In this document: positions 1 through 10,758 of the stretch, one piece after another
How positions within the stretch are numbered: position 1 is the stretch's first letter
Layout of the letters: every line of letters begins with the position of its first letter
Position numbers and translations under genes: made by a program
The notes under the pieces: generated by a model
Told to the model about the DNA's origin: nothing
Seen by the model: the letters and a program-made list of their open reading frames with translations, nothing else
Databases searched by the model: none
Assembly: GCA_025201805.1 (NCBI GenBank)
Contig: MU619314.1
Coordinates: 1 to 64,000 of the forward strand
DNA: 64,000 bases
Direction of reading: 5' to 3'
From: Parasitella parasitica NRRL 2501
Lineage: Eukaryota > Fungi > Mucoromycota

Positions 1-95
1 CATAATGTAAATCATGACTACCCATGATTTACTGTAAGACCCTGGGACTGATCTGAGATCCTGATGTGAGACTTTGCCATGTTATTGATATAACA

Positions 96-333
96 ACTAG
101 GATGGTATATGGTATCTCAGCGATAGAATAGCAAATAATTATATATGACAGTATTTTAAACGTAAGAAAGTTCGATTTATTTCAAATATGAAGCATAATT
201 CCATATATATTTCTAAGATGAGACGTTCCTAGAATTCAACATCAGGTTCAGGAACGTAGCTTCAATTGGCTCAGACTCTGATCACGTGCGGATGATTAAT
301 CAGCACCACCAAAAACAATTAACATCTGTAACA
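96..333 (+). mobile_element. Solo-LTR-like family B, 3' part (copy B1), ending 10 bp upstream of tRNA-Leu
   Basis: Clearly similar to 2830-3060 over ~235 bp (e.g. AAGAAAGTTCGATTTATTTCAAATATGAAGCATAATTCC). Ends ...CATCTGTAACA at 333. Upstream of 96 the similarity stops at a ...TAACA end, probably a nested element. Confidence 0.7.
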
Positions 334-343
334 TATAATGCAA

Positions 344-425
344 GCCAATTTGGCCGAGCGGTCTAAGGCGTCGCACTCAAGTTGCGATCTCGAGAGAGGC
401 GTGAGTTCGAATCTCACAGTTGGCA
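344..425 (+). tRNA. tRNA-Leu (anticodon CAA), intronless
   Basis: Acceptor stem GCCAATT/AGTTGGC, A box TGGCCGAGCGG, anticodon stem TCGCA/TGCGA around CTCAAGT, long variable arm, T loop GTTCGAATC, T-run terminator at 429-435. Confidence 0.97.
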
Positions 426-443
426 TACTTTTTTTAAAGTTAA

Positions 444-697
444 TGTCACGTTGTCGTGTGTGTCGTGTACAGAGATGTGTTAGTTTGTGTTGTTTTGATA
501 AGTGTATATAAAGTATAAAGTAAGAGATGAAAGATAGATGATGTTTATCCTTTTGCATTTCAATAGATATTTATAATAACTAAAAGTGTTACACACAAAG
601 TCTGTGTGTACCTGACATGTGCAGAAATGTGTTAGTTTCGTGTTGTTTTGATAAGTGTGCATAAAGCATAAAGTGTCGCCGTACATTAGTTTTGACA
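444..697. repeat. Possible small solo-LTR-like element with an internal ~53-bp direct repeat
   Basis: TGTCA...TGACA termini. Internal repeat ATGTGTTAGTTT(C)GTGTTGTTTTGATAAGTGT at ~470-521 and ~622-673. Flanks match only 3/5 (GTTAA/CTCAA). Confidence 0.4.
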
Positions 698-1388
698 CTC
701 AACTTTAAAACAATATAAAAGTCGATCCTATGTCAAATTGAATAAATCTCATCTTTTAACTGATACATGTATTTGCCTTATTGAATCTACTGTGGAATCG
801 GTATAAGTTGTTATATGGATTCACGGAAAAAAATTATAATTAAAAAAACAATAATGTCAACTTGATAAAGGTATAGGTTTTATTATCAAATCGACAGGTA
901 TATAAAGCTCCCGCTCATCTACTGGCCAGGTAGATGAACCTTTATATACTTAAACTGTGGATAAATGTTCTACTCTCGCAATTTAACATGTACGACAATA
1001 CTGCGTAACCAGCATCTTAACTCTGTGCTAACCTACACATCAGCAGACTCAAGATAACTTAAATCTATTTGAGTGAGGAGATAGACTTTACCCGAGGTAC
1101 CCTGATCAATCTTCTATACGAAGATTATTAACATCGATCCATAAGCGTATATCATTCTTTGTATAGTCTTATCCAGTCTATATTAATAGTACATGTCTGA
1201 GTGTATATCACTTGGTATTCATCTTAGCATATATCGGTATATGTAGCATGTCTATAGCATGTCTATAGGATATCAATAGCATTGCACATATTGTACAAGT
1301 CTGTAGTACTTAGTGTATCTGTAGCTAGTATCATGGATATAAGTATATGTCTTATAGTGCGTATCTAAGCAACTGGGAATACGCATCT

Positions 1389-1820
1389 TGATCTGCCATA
1401 ATGTAGGAGAGGAGATCGCGATAGTGTACTTCAATTAAAGATTGGAGATTGTCCAATGATGTGTTGTTATACTTGTCGAAACAGGGGAATGAAGTCTTTG
1501 TTTCAAATCAGGAAGGTTATCTGTAACACAGATCTGTATGATTGACAAACAATAAGGTACTGTCAGATCAAAGATCAATAGCTTTGTAGTATAATAATAC
1601 ATCGTACCCTGTTAAGGATATGATGTTGCTTGCAAATTATTCTTATCGATTAGTATCGACTAGTATTTTAAATAAGTCACCAAAAATTTAAATAGTTGTA
1701 AAAAGTATAAATAGCAGATGCAAAGTTGAATCTTTAATAAAGTAATCTCAAGTTTTCGTATCTCGTTAATTCAACGTTTTACATTATACTTTTCTTATTT
1801 CGATCTTTCAGATGTCAACA
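1389..1820 (+). mobile_element. Solo-LTR-like family A (copy A1), TSD CATCT
   Basis: TG...CAACA termini. Perfect 5-bp TSD CATCT (1384-1388 and 1821-1825). Internal TATAAA and AATAAA. Similar to 2199-2605 along most of its length. Confidence 0.85.
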
Positions 1821-2090
1821 CATCTGAAGCATAGATCTTATATAGCATAAGCTCGTAGCATACACTAGATTTAGTAAATGTTTAAGGCTCGTGTCGAGAT
1901 ATAAGTATCAGTCTATAGCGTCATCTATCCTAATGGTGCCATATCTAACTTGTATCTTATATAGTATACATCTTTTATAGCACATCTTATTATCTGTGCG
2001 CATATGTAGTCTATATCAATTTAAGGTAACTGGATGAATCTAGAAGTGGAATGCAGATCATCATAGTGAATGTATTTCACACAAATAAAC

Positions 2091-3062
2091 AGTTGTCAAT
2101 TAATCAGGTAAAGATCTCGTTTATTACATGGAAAAAATGATGGTTTATATACTAGTGAATCTAAGTGGACTGACGGGAGAATAAGATACAAGTGTGAGTG
2201 ATCTGCCATAATTATAGACAGGAGATCATGGCAATATACTTCAATTGAAGATTGAAGATTGTCCAATGATGTGATGTGATACGCTTGTGTAAATTGGAGA
2301 ATAAATTCTCTGTTTCAAATCAAGAAGGTTATTCCTGCAAGTAACACAGATCTGAGCACCAGGATAAAGGTTAAGGCACTGTCAGATCAAAGACGTGTAG
2401 CCCTTGCTGTATAACCTCATATCGTACCCTGTCAAGTAGATTGTCACTGAATTAGTCTTGTCAATTAGTAATCTAAATAAGTCACCATAAATTTATGTAG
2501 TTGTAAAAAGTATAAATGGCAGATGCAATTTCGATCTTAAATAAAGTATCTAAGTTTTCGTATCTCGTTAACATTTGGTTTTTTATTATCTTTTTTAACC
2601 CAACAGTGAGACATGGTGTGATTTAGAGAGTGGAGCGAAAGATTGTATCTATTGTCCATGAACATGTCATGTTGAGTTATAAATAAGGAACATGATCCAT
2701 TGGGATATGTTCCTGAATTGTGTTCAGGATTGAGTTTACTTGAGTTTGACTTCCGGTTGGGAAATTGACACATCACCCGAGACTAATTGAACTGTTTTGC
2801 TGTTGTTTAAGTGTATATTAAGTCGAATAACTAGAATGGTATGGTATCTCAGCGATAGAATAGCAAATAAGTATATATGACAGAATTTTATACGTAAGAA
2901 AGTTCGATTTATTTCAAATATGAAGCATAATTCCATATATATCTAAGGTGAGACGTTCCCTGCATTCAACATCAGATTCAGGAACTTAGCTTCCATTGGC
3001 TCAGACTTTGATCACGTGCGGATGATCAATCAGCACCACAAAAACAACTTACATCTGTAAGA
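2091..3062 (+). mobile_element. Solo-LTR-like family B (copy B2, ~560 bp once the nested A2 is removed)
   Basis: 2103-2198 plus 2611-2775 is collinear with 31106-31335. The 3' part matches 96-333. Termini are degenerate (AGTTGT...TGTAAGA) and there is no clean TSD. Confidence 0.7.
2199..2605 (+). mobile_element. Solo-LTR-like family A (copy A2) nested in B2, TSD GTGAG
   Basis: TG...CAACA termini. Perfect TSD GTGAG (2194-2198 and 2606-2610). The corresponding site is empty in copy B4 (~31200). Confidence 0.88.
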
Positions 3063-3334
3063 AAAGGAAGTTGGCTGGTCTGGGCTAATGCGTAGTATTT
3101 AGGCCTTATTCTCCTATGAGCCATATGTTGGTATCCCAATCTTCATTTTTGTGTTCGCTCGACATACGCTCAAATAGGAATTAATTGTTCAACTTGTAAA
3201 TACTCATTTTGACACTTTATTAAACAATGCATAAAAAGCTAATTTCAATTTAACGATATTGCTTTCGCTGAGAATGCATGGTTTCAATTCATTTCCGTTT
3301 TGCTCATCTGATAATAATAGGATAAATGCGGTAT

Positions 3335-5034
3335 TTACCCTTCTTGACCTAAAATATAAACTGAATATCCCAGGTTTGAACAATAAAAAAGCTAAGTCTT
3401 CCTTACCGAAATCATTAGTAAAGTTGACTTGTTGCTGAATATCGGCGTTGTTGACAGTAGGTCGCGTATTTTGTACTGCCTTCTTAAAATCTTGGACAGT
3501 TAGTTCTGGTTCTAAAAGTTGATTCGGCTCAATATCCATCCAGGTCATTTCTAGAGCATTAGGAGCACCTGGTGAGCATGGCGTTAAGTAGCGATTTGCT
3601 TGATTAGAATCAGTTCTCGATGGTGCTTCGACCCATCTAAAATGTGTTGCCATTTGAACTTTACGAATCGGTTGCATGAGAGCATCTCTTACAAGAGTTG
3701 CAATATCTGAGCCAGAGTATCTAATTGATAAATGTTAATACAACACTTTCGAATGTATGGTTAACTTTACCCCTCAGTCATTTCAGCCAAATTTCTATAA
3801 TCAGCTTGTGTTAATGTACACGGCGTTGAGCCAACATTTAATTGGAAAATAGTGGCACGGGCGTGTACTTCGGGAAGAGGTATGTAAATGCGCTTTTCAA
3901 ATCTAGTGGCCAACACAATGTTAGTAAATAAAGTATTCAACTAGCTTATCTTACCTTCGACGGATAGCAGAATCTAGTTGCCATGGGATATTTGTTGCAC
4001 CAAGTACCAGTACACCGTCCATATCATTACCAACACCATTCATTTGAACCAAAAACTCAGTTTTTATACGTCTCGATGCTTCTGATTCACCCTCACCACG
4101 AGTGCCACATAAAGAATCTACCTCATCAATAAAAACAATTGATGGTTTATTCTCCCTTGCCATTTGAAATAATTGTTTTACCAAACGCTCGCTTTCGCCG
4201 AGCCATTTTGAAACAAGGTCAGATGATGACACTGAAAAAAAGGTAGAATTTGCCTCTGTTGCGACAGCCTTAGCCAAGAACGATTTACCAGTACCTGGAG
4301 GTCCATATAAAAGAATACCTCTCCAAGGTTTGCGCATTCCAGTAAATAAATGAGGGAATTTGATAGGTAAAATAACAGCTTCTTTCAAAGCCTCCTTTGC
4401 TCCTTCCAAGCCAGCAACATCCTCCCATCGTACATTTGGCTTTTCAGTGAGAATAGCACCTTTTGTAGCATAAGATTTATGCAAACAAAATAATAAAAAT
4501 TATGATAAAAACTTACCTGTCAAAGTTGCTCTCATTTTTTTCATATCAGGGTCATCGTCTTCGGCATCGTTGGAGGATGCGTTTTCGCCGGCTTTTCTAA
4601 GAAGATGTTGGATTATGCAAAACAAGAAAGGAGATAAAACAGGGCTTACTTCTTCAATGTACCATTAGCGCCTACAGGCTCCTTTTGCTTCTTTTCTTGC
4701 TCATTTAAGAATTCTTTAAGCGTTTCGGCTCTTTTTAAATATTCTATCAATCGATTTCGAATTTCATCTTTTATCTTGTTGTTCTTTTCGTCTATTTGTA
4801 GATATGAATCAGTAAAATATATTAAGGCCTAATTTTAATACTTGCATTTGATGGCTGTCATGAAATATTCGAGAGCATTTTGATAATAATTATATGCTTC
4901 TTTGTAATGACCTTTATGGTCTTCGTCAGTTGCTTTTTTTACAATTTCTATTGCCTTCTAATGATGCAGAAAGTGTCAGCTACTATTATTAAACAATATA
5001 ACTTACTTACTCCCAGAAATTCAGTGTTCGACAT
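3335..5034 (-). CDS. VPS4: Vacuolar protein sorting AAA-ATPase Vps4 (multi-exon)
   Basis: N-terminal MIT exons (MSNTEFLG...AIKYEKN), Walker A GPPGTGKS, Walker B FIDEVD, SRH, beta-domain LTPCSPG, C-terminus FTNDFGQEG* after splicing. Confidence 0.96.
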
Positions 5035-5444
5035 ACTGATTAGCGTTATATTTTATTAAGAGAAAAAAAAAAAAAAAAGGAGGGAGAAAAGAATCTGGAA
5101 TCTCTTGGCAGCACGCTTAAGCTTCTGTCCACATGTCCAACCAATAGAAACTTAACACTTAATACGACAGCTTGACATACATGATAAATCTAGCTTTTCG
5201 CAATCAATTCAAGCATTGTTTGTAGTATAGATACATTTGAACGCAAATTGGCCTTGTATCTTACTATTCAGCCTCTATAATTTGTGAAATCTAAAGCATA
5301 TTCAGTTAGCAATGATTTGTTCCTGGTGAATGTGACTCTACATGATACAATCAACTCACACCCTCACGTCATTCAACAGCTTTTTCTTTGTTTTTTACAC
5401 GCCAGTTAATCTCGAAAGCTTTTTCTTCTTCAATCAGCAGAAAC

Positions 5445-7564
5445 ATGGCAGACGAAGCGAATTCTAGAGAAGATGATCAGCACTCTGATAACTACAATGA
5501 ACAGCAGTATGTTTATTGAGAAATGCATGGCTTCGCTACTAAGTTTTTTCTCTGTTAGGAAACCACCTTTTCGTGGAGGTCAAAATATGATGAATGGAAA
5601 TATGGCATTTGATCCTTCAGCCATGAAGATGGGCATGATGAATCCAATGCAGTACCAACAACGCATCCAACAGATGATGATGATGCAGCAATTTCAAAGA
5701 CAACAAACGCAGAGATATATGAACTCTGCTGCTGCCATGGCTGCTGCTGCTGCCGCTGCCGCTAACAATAGTAATACATCAAACATTCCACCAGAAACAC
5801 AAAAACCACCTTCTGGCTACGTTTGTTTTAAATGCTCCCAGCCAGGTCATTGGATTTACTATTGTCCTAACGTACCCAAAGGGCAATTTGTACAGAGAGC
5901 AGGAGGAGCAAGGTAATTGCCGCATATAATCGCTCATATATACGCACGTACACCATTGACATGTTGTTATAGAAACAACAATGGTAGCAATCAGTTTGAT
6001 GATCAAGATGGCAGCAATCAAAAACCCCGTGAGTTAACCTGTATGATCTGCGAAAAATTAATGACTGAGGCCGTCGTGGTATCATGCTGTGGAAAGTCGT
6101 TTTGTAAAGAATGTAGGTATAGAAAATGCTGGGTTATCTTTAGATGTTTTGAATTATGTACAATTTCTTGTTGTTTCGTATATATGATTATAAAAAAACT
6201 AAAGATAATAATAAATGCATGTTTTATTCATACTTTTATCATAAATAGGCATAACTAATTCCTTAGAAAAATCCAATCATTGTCCCTTTTGTAACCAAGA
6301 AAATATCAATGTGGGTCAGCTCATCCCGAATCGTACACTGCGATTGGCAATACAACTTAAAGTGGACGAAGACCATAAGAAGAAGCAAGAAAAGATGGAA
6401 ATCGATAGATCTCAGCAGCAGCAAGAAGACGAAACTATACAAGATGAAGAGCCTAATAAAAATGTTGAAGAGAAGAAATTGCCCGAGAGAATGATGAACT
6501 CTCATAGCCAGCACTCTCATCCACCGCCAACTCCAGATATGTTTAATGCTGGTAGTATGCCTGACATGGGCTGGATGAACATGGGACGTCCTCCTTTTAT
6601 GAACAACCGATTCCCTGGTTTTGGGGCTCCTGATATGAATTGGATAAGAAATAATAATAATAACGTTGGTGACAATGAGATGGACATGGACATGTCGCAG
6701 CGTCCACCTCCATTTATGCCAGGTTTTCCAGGTGCATTTAATCCAAGTGGTACAAATGATATGCCTCCTTTTCCCGTCATGCCTCCGCCTCAAGAATTAT
6801 TTGGTCTCGGTGGAAATATGCCTTTCAATAACAATAACATGCGCGGAGGATATAATCCTATGCGCGGCGGAAGAGGTGGTTTAAGCGGCAGACGAGGTGG
6901 CAGCCGTGGAGGATATTATCAAGGTGGTTCTAGGCGTCGTTCAGATTATCAGCAACAGCAACACAAGGAATATGACAGTGATAAGCAAAAATCATCAAAT
7001 GTAGAGTATTCTTCGTCTTCGAATGCAAGAGATAGATCAAGAAGCACCAGTAGATATGATCAAAAACGGCATTCCTCGAGATCACGTTCTCCTCGCCGTG
7101 AATCTAGAAGATATCGTGATGAAAGCACTCGTAGCAGCAGTCGACGCCCTGAAGAGAGCTCTCACAGTAGCAGTAGCAGATATTATGAAGATAGCAAGCG
7201 CCGAGATGATAACAGTAGAAGATCTCGAGAGGGAAGCAGTAAAAGACGCAACAGTAAAGATGACCACATTAGACATCGGGACGATAAACAGAGCAAACAA
7301 TCTTACGAAGATGATATTTCGGATAAGGAAGACGACTTCAAGAGGAGAGAACATTCTTCCAGAAGAAGGTCAAGATCGCCCAAGGAAGAGAGACCTTCAT
7401 CTCATCATGGCCATTCCTCCTCAACTTCCTCGAGAAGACAGCACCGTTCATCGAGATACAGTAATAGAAGCTGGGAAAGAGAACATGAAAGAGAGAGTGA
7501 AAGATCAAGACCTAAAGAAAAGAGTAGTAGTGATAGAGACCGGCGAAGAAGTGACAGACGTTGA
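5445..7564 (+). CDS. Mpe1/RBBP6-like zinc-knuckle + RING protein with Pro/Met-rich and RS-rich tail; no DWNN domain
   Basis: Spliced product MADEANSRE...KPPSGYVCFKCSQPGHWIYYCP (CCHC knuckle), then LTCMICEKLMTEAVVVSCCGKSFCKECI...CPFC...LIPNRTLR (RING/U-box-like), RGG stretch and RS-rich C-terminus. Confidence 0.8.
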
Positions 7565-8518
7565 CGACGTAGGTATATGTATGCATACAAGTTTTGTAAC
7601 TCTTATCAGGATTAAATCAAAGTATAAAAGACAAATAAAAATCATAATGCGCCTCTAGTGCGCTTCTAAACTTCTGAATTGACGCTTTTGACAATTTCAA
7701 ACTATATTCAATAAACAAGCAAAGTCAAACTAAGACATTTTTCTTCTCTCTCATCACATTCGGCAACATTGATAAGTTTTAGGTTTTCCACAAAGATAGG
7801 CTTGGTACAATGATGATGGTAGCGAAGCTATGGCTTGGGATGAAGAAGGCGAACTCATAAAGGATACAAACACCTGCTTCGTTGGAGCAATAGGCACACG
7901 CCAGCCAAATAAACTGCAATTGTCCAACCGTACAAGATAGATTGATGATGTATACAGTTGTTAGTGAATTGAAAGATGGCATTTTGTTAGAACATTGGCA
8001 GAGTCAAGGACGCAGAGATCTATATAGCGGCCAAGTAGGGAGCTACGCATAACTCCGAAATGGTTGAGAGCTGCACTTGGCAAATAAAAGTAAACGGAAA
8101 TGGAGAAAGAAAATCAAAGGCGATGAAGGGGCAGAGAACTGGGGACGAGAGAGAGAGTTGACGTTTGATTTAGTTGAATGTATTTTTCAATATAGAAATT
8201 ATCGAATAATGAACCTGAAAAATGATGAAGAATATCATATTGGTGCTTTTTTGTGAAGAATGAAGGATACTATCCATCTACTAATATAGTCTGGAGAGTG
8301 ACTAATGCTCAATTAGTATGTATGCAAGATGTCTTCAAATAGTGCCGTTTATGATGTAGATCGAGTTGTTCCTGAATTTGTGTTTTAAAGGTTTCGAACA
8401 AATGACGGCTGCAGCGATAATATAAAATATCAAAAAAACATTCCAGTATTATTAAAAATGTGCTTCCATTGAATACACCTTATCATAGAAAACTATCCCT
8501 AACTAGTAGAAGATTGTG

Positions 8519-8519
<1 letters not shown>

Positions 8520-8564
<45 letters not shown>
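8520..8564 (+). repeat. 45-nt poly(T) tract
   Basis: Seen directly. Confidence 0.95.
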
Positions 8565-8915
8565 CAGCTTAAAGATTTGGGAAGATTTTTTGACAATTCA
8601 GAATGTGTTCCAACAATTACTCTGCTTCAAAGTTTTTCCCTTAATGTGGATATGTTCAGCACAAGATTTGTCTAAGCTAGCTAGTAAGATAAGTTCTTCT
8701 TTAGTTGGATGTATGACTTGAATAATCTCTAACTATTAAATATTCACAAGACAACAAAATGGTGAGGGTAGCATATAGAGTTTAGGGAGCATAATGTATT
8801 GTTGGCATTAGGGCATAATTTGAGTAGGCGATACATGGTGAGCTGTATGTTTAGGCACTAGAGCCATGGTATTAAAAGTTGTTTCTTTTTCAATTCCTTT
8901 TCCTTGATATCTCAT

Positions 8916-10754
8916 ATGCATCTACGGTTACTCTTGCTGGCAATTCTCATACAACGATTGTCATGTATTTTAGTCAACCCTACCACAATACCTGTTCCTA
9001 GAAATATACCCAATGGCCCAACGTTTCTACCGTTAAATGAAAATGAGCCACAATCACTAATTCCTTTGTGGAAAAATAACATAAAAATGAACCTATATCT
9101 GTTTGTGAGTACGGATTTACAGTTCAGCGATTATAACGCGACACCGAATTACAAAACAAGTGTGCGAAATCAATACTCTCAAGATAGAAAAATCCAGCTA
9201 TCAATACCTGTAAGGATCATACACCACCTTTCCATTATTCCATTTTAGCCTAATGTACATGGTAGAAAAATGTAGAATCAACAAAACAGCATTATTACGC
9301 TCACATCTTTCTTGCAAAGGATTCATTTCCAATCGATCCAACAGATATATCGTTTTCCTCAGATTCAATTGTATATGTGTGCCATTGCAAGTATTATCCT
9401 TTTTCTTTTCTTTGTCTAGACATCTAACTCTCAAACAGCCCTGACGAAAATCTATAAAAATGCGCCACATTGGCATCAAACAGTTACAATCAGTCTGGTT
9501 TACGACACAAAAGGCTATATAAACAAGAACACGCTTCATCCTATTACTTTGAAATGTAAGCTTATTGTTTGTTTGTAGCTGGGGCAGCTCAACGAACCAT
9601 TTACTGCAGATTTTTCCAATACCACCAAATCAATCACAAACAATCAAAGACGCATTGACTTTTACAGGCCCGTGATCTTTCCAAATGATTTTTGGCATAT
9701 CAAAAAAGACGCATTTCCAATCAACGATACTGCGGATGCACTGCCACTCACAGTAAATTTGGAAACTATCAATGTGTGGAAATTCAACGTATATGCAGTG
9801 CTAGCAAGCAATCGCTTATTAGAAAATGAGAAGCAGGTAAATTCCGAGATGTTGGGCGAAAACTTTTCAGTGGTAGATCAGAGCTTCATGTTTACCATCA
9901 CCCTGATAACCTGTTTGATGCATGTTGTGTTTGAGTTTCTCGCTTTCAAGAATGATATCTGGTTTTACAAGGCAAAAACCAACCGAATTGGTATCTCGGT
10001 GACCAGCATGATGATTCACATAGCAATACAAGTCATTCTATTCACGTATATGATGGACTTCTCGAATAATGCAATTAGAGGGTGCATGCAACTCATTCAT
10101 CTGTGTGTGGATGTATGGAAACTCAACCATGTTTGGCTACATGAATACGAATGGGTGATAGAACAGGGCTCTAATTGTCGTTTTACCGTCAAAATTGTTC
10201 GTACAGCAGCAAAAGTCAAATTCAAGCGGGTTGAGCAGGGGGAAATGAGAACTCAACAGTTGGATGTTGTTGCATTAAAGTGTCTTGGGCTGATTGCATT
10301 ACCTACTTTCATAGCGTATAATGCGTACCATTACTATTATCACTACAACATGTTGCTCTACCATCAGCTGGAGAACATGTGCATGGAAGAATGGACAAAG
10401 AAGGTCATTATCAATGGCTTTGTTAACTTTCTATCGATATTTGGGCCTGCAATGGTAATAGGGCCACAAGTCTATATCAATTACAAGATGAAGTCGGTGA
10501 ATAATTTATCGCTAAACACAATGATTTACAAGACAATCAATATTGTTGTTGGTAAGTCTTAACATGTACTTGAAAGAGCAACACATTAAACACTCGTGCA
10601 TATCTCTATAGATGATGCATTTGTCTTCATGATACACATGCCCACAATGCGCCGAATATCGTACGTAAAAAAAAACATTGTATATGTGATATTTTTGTTG
10701 CAGAAGCAAAAGGGGTTTATTATCAACATATTTAATAAAATGAAAATAATATAA
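8916..10754 (+). CDS. Divergent CLPTM1/CLPTM1L-family multi-pass membrane protein
   Basis: Motifs YYAHIFLAK, YRPVIFPNDFW, HVVFEFLAFKNDIWFYK, PQVYINYKMKSV, YKTINIVVDDAFVFMIHMPTMRR. Five exons join in frame, one junction via a GC-AG intron (9387-9438). Confidence 0.85.
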
Positions 10755-10758
10755 ATTA

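Noticed and set aside
319-698. Minus-strand ORFs of 79 and 72 aa
   Set aside because: Antisense to tRNA-Leu and an internal repeat; no protein features.
855-2083. Possible larger TG...CA element flanked by AATAA that hosts A1
   Set aside because: The AATAA match is likely by chance in AT-rich DNA and there is no second copy to confirm the boundaries.
7023-7658. 211-aa alternative-frame ORF
   Set aside because: Shadow frame of the RS-rich exon of the Mpe1-like gene.
7779-8150. Possible LINE 3'-end remnant (LQFIWLA-like motif, minus strand)
   Set aside because: Too short and degenerate; no poly(A) tail or TSD in the right orientation.
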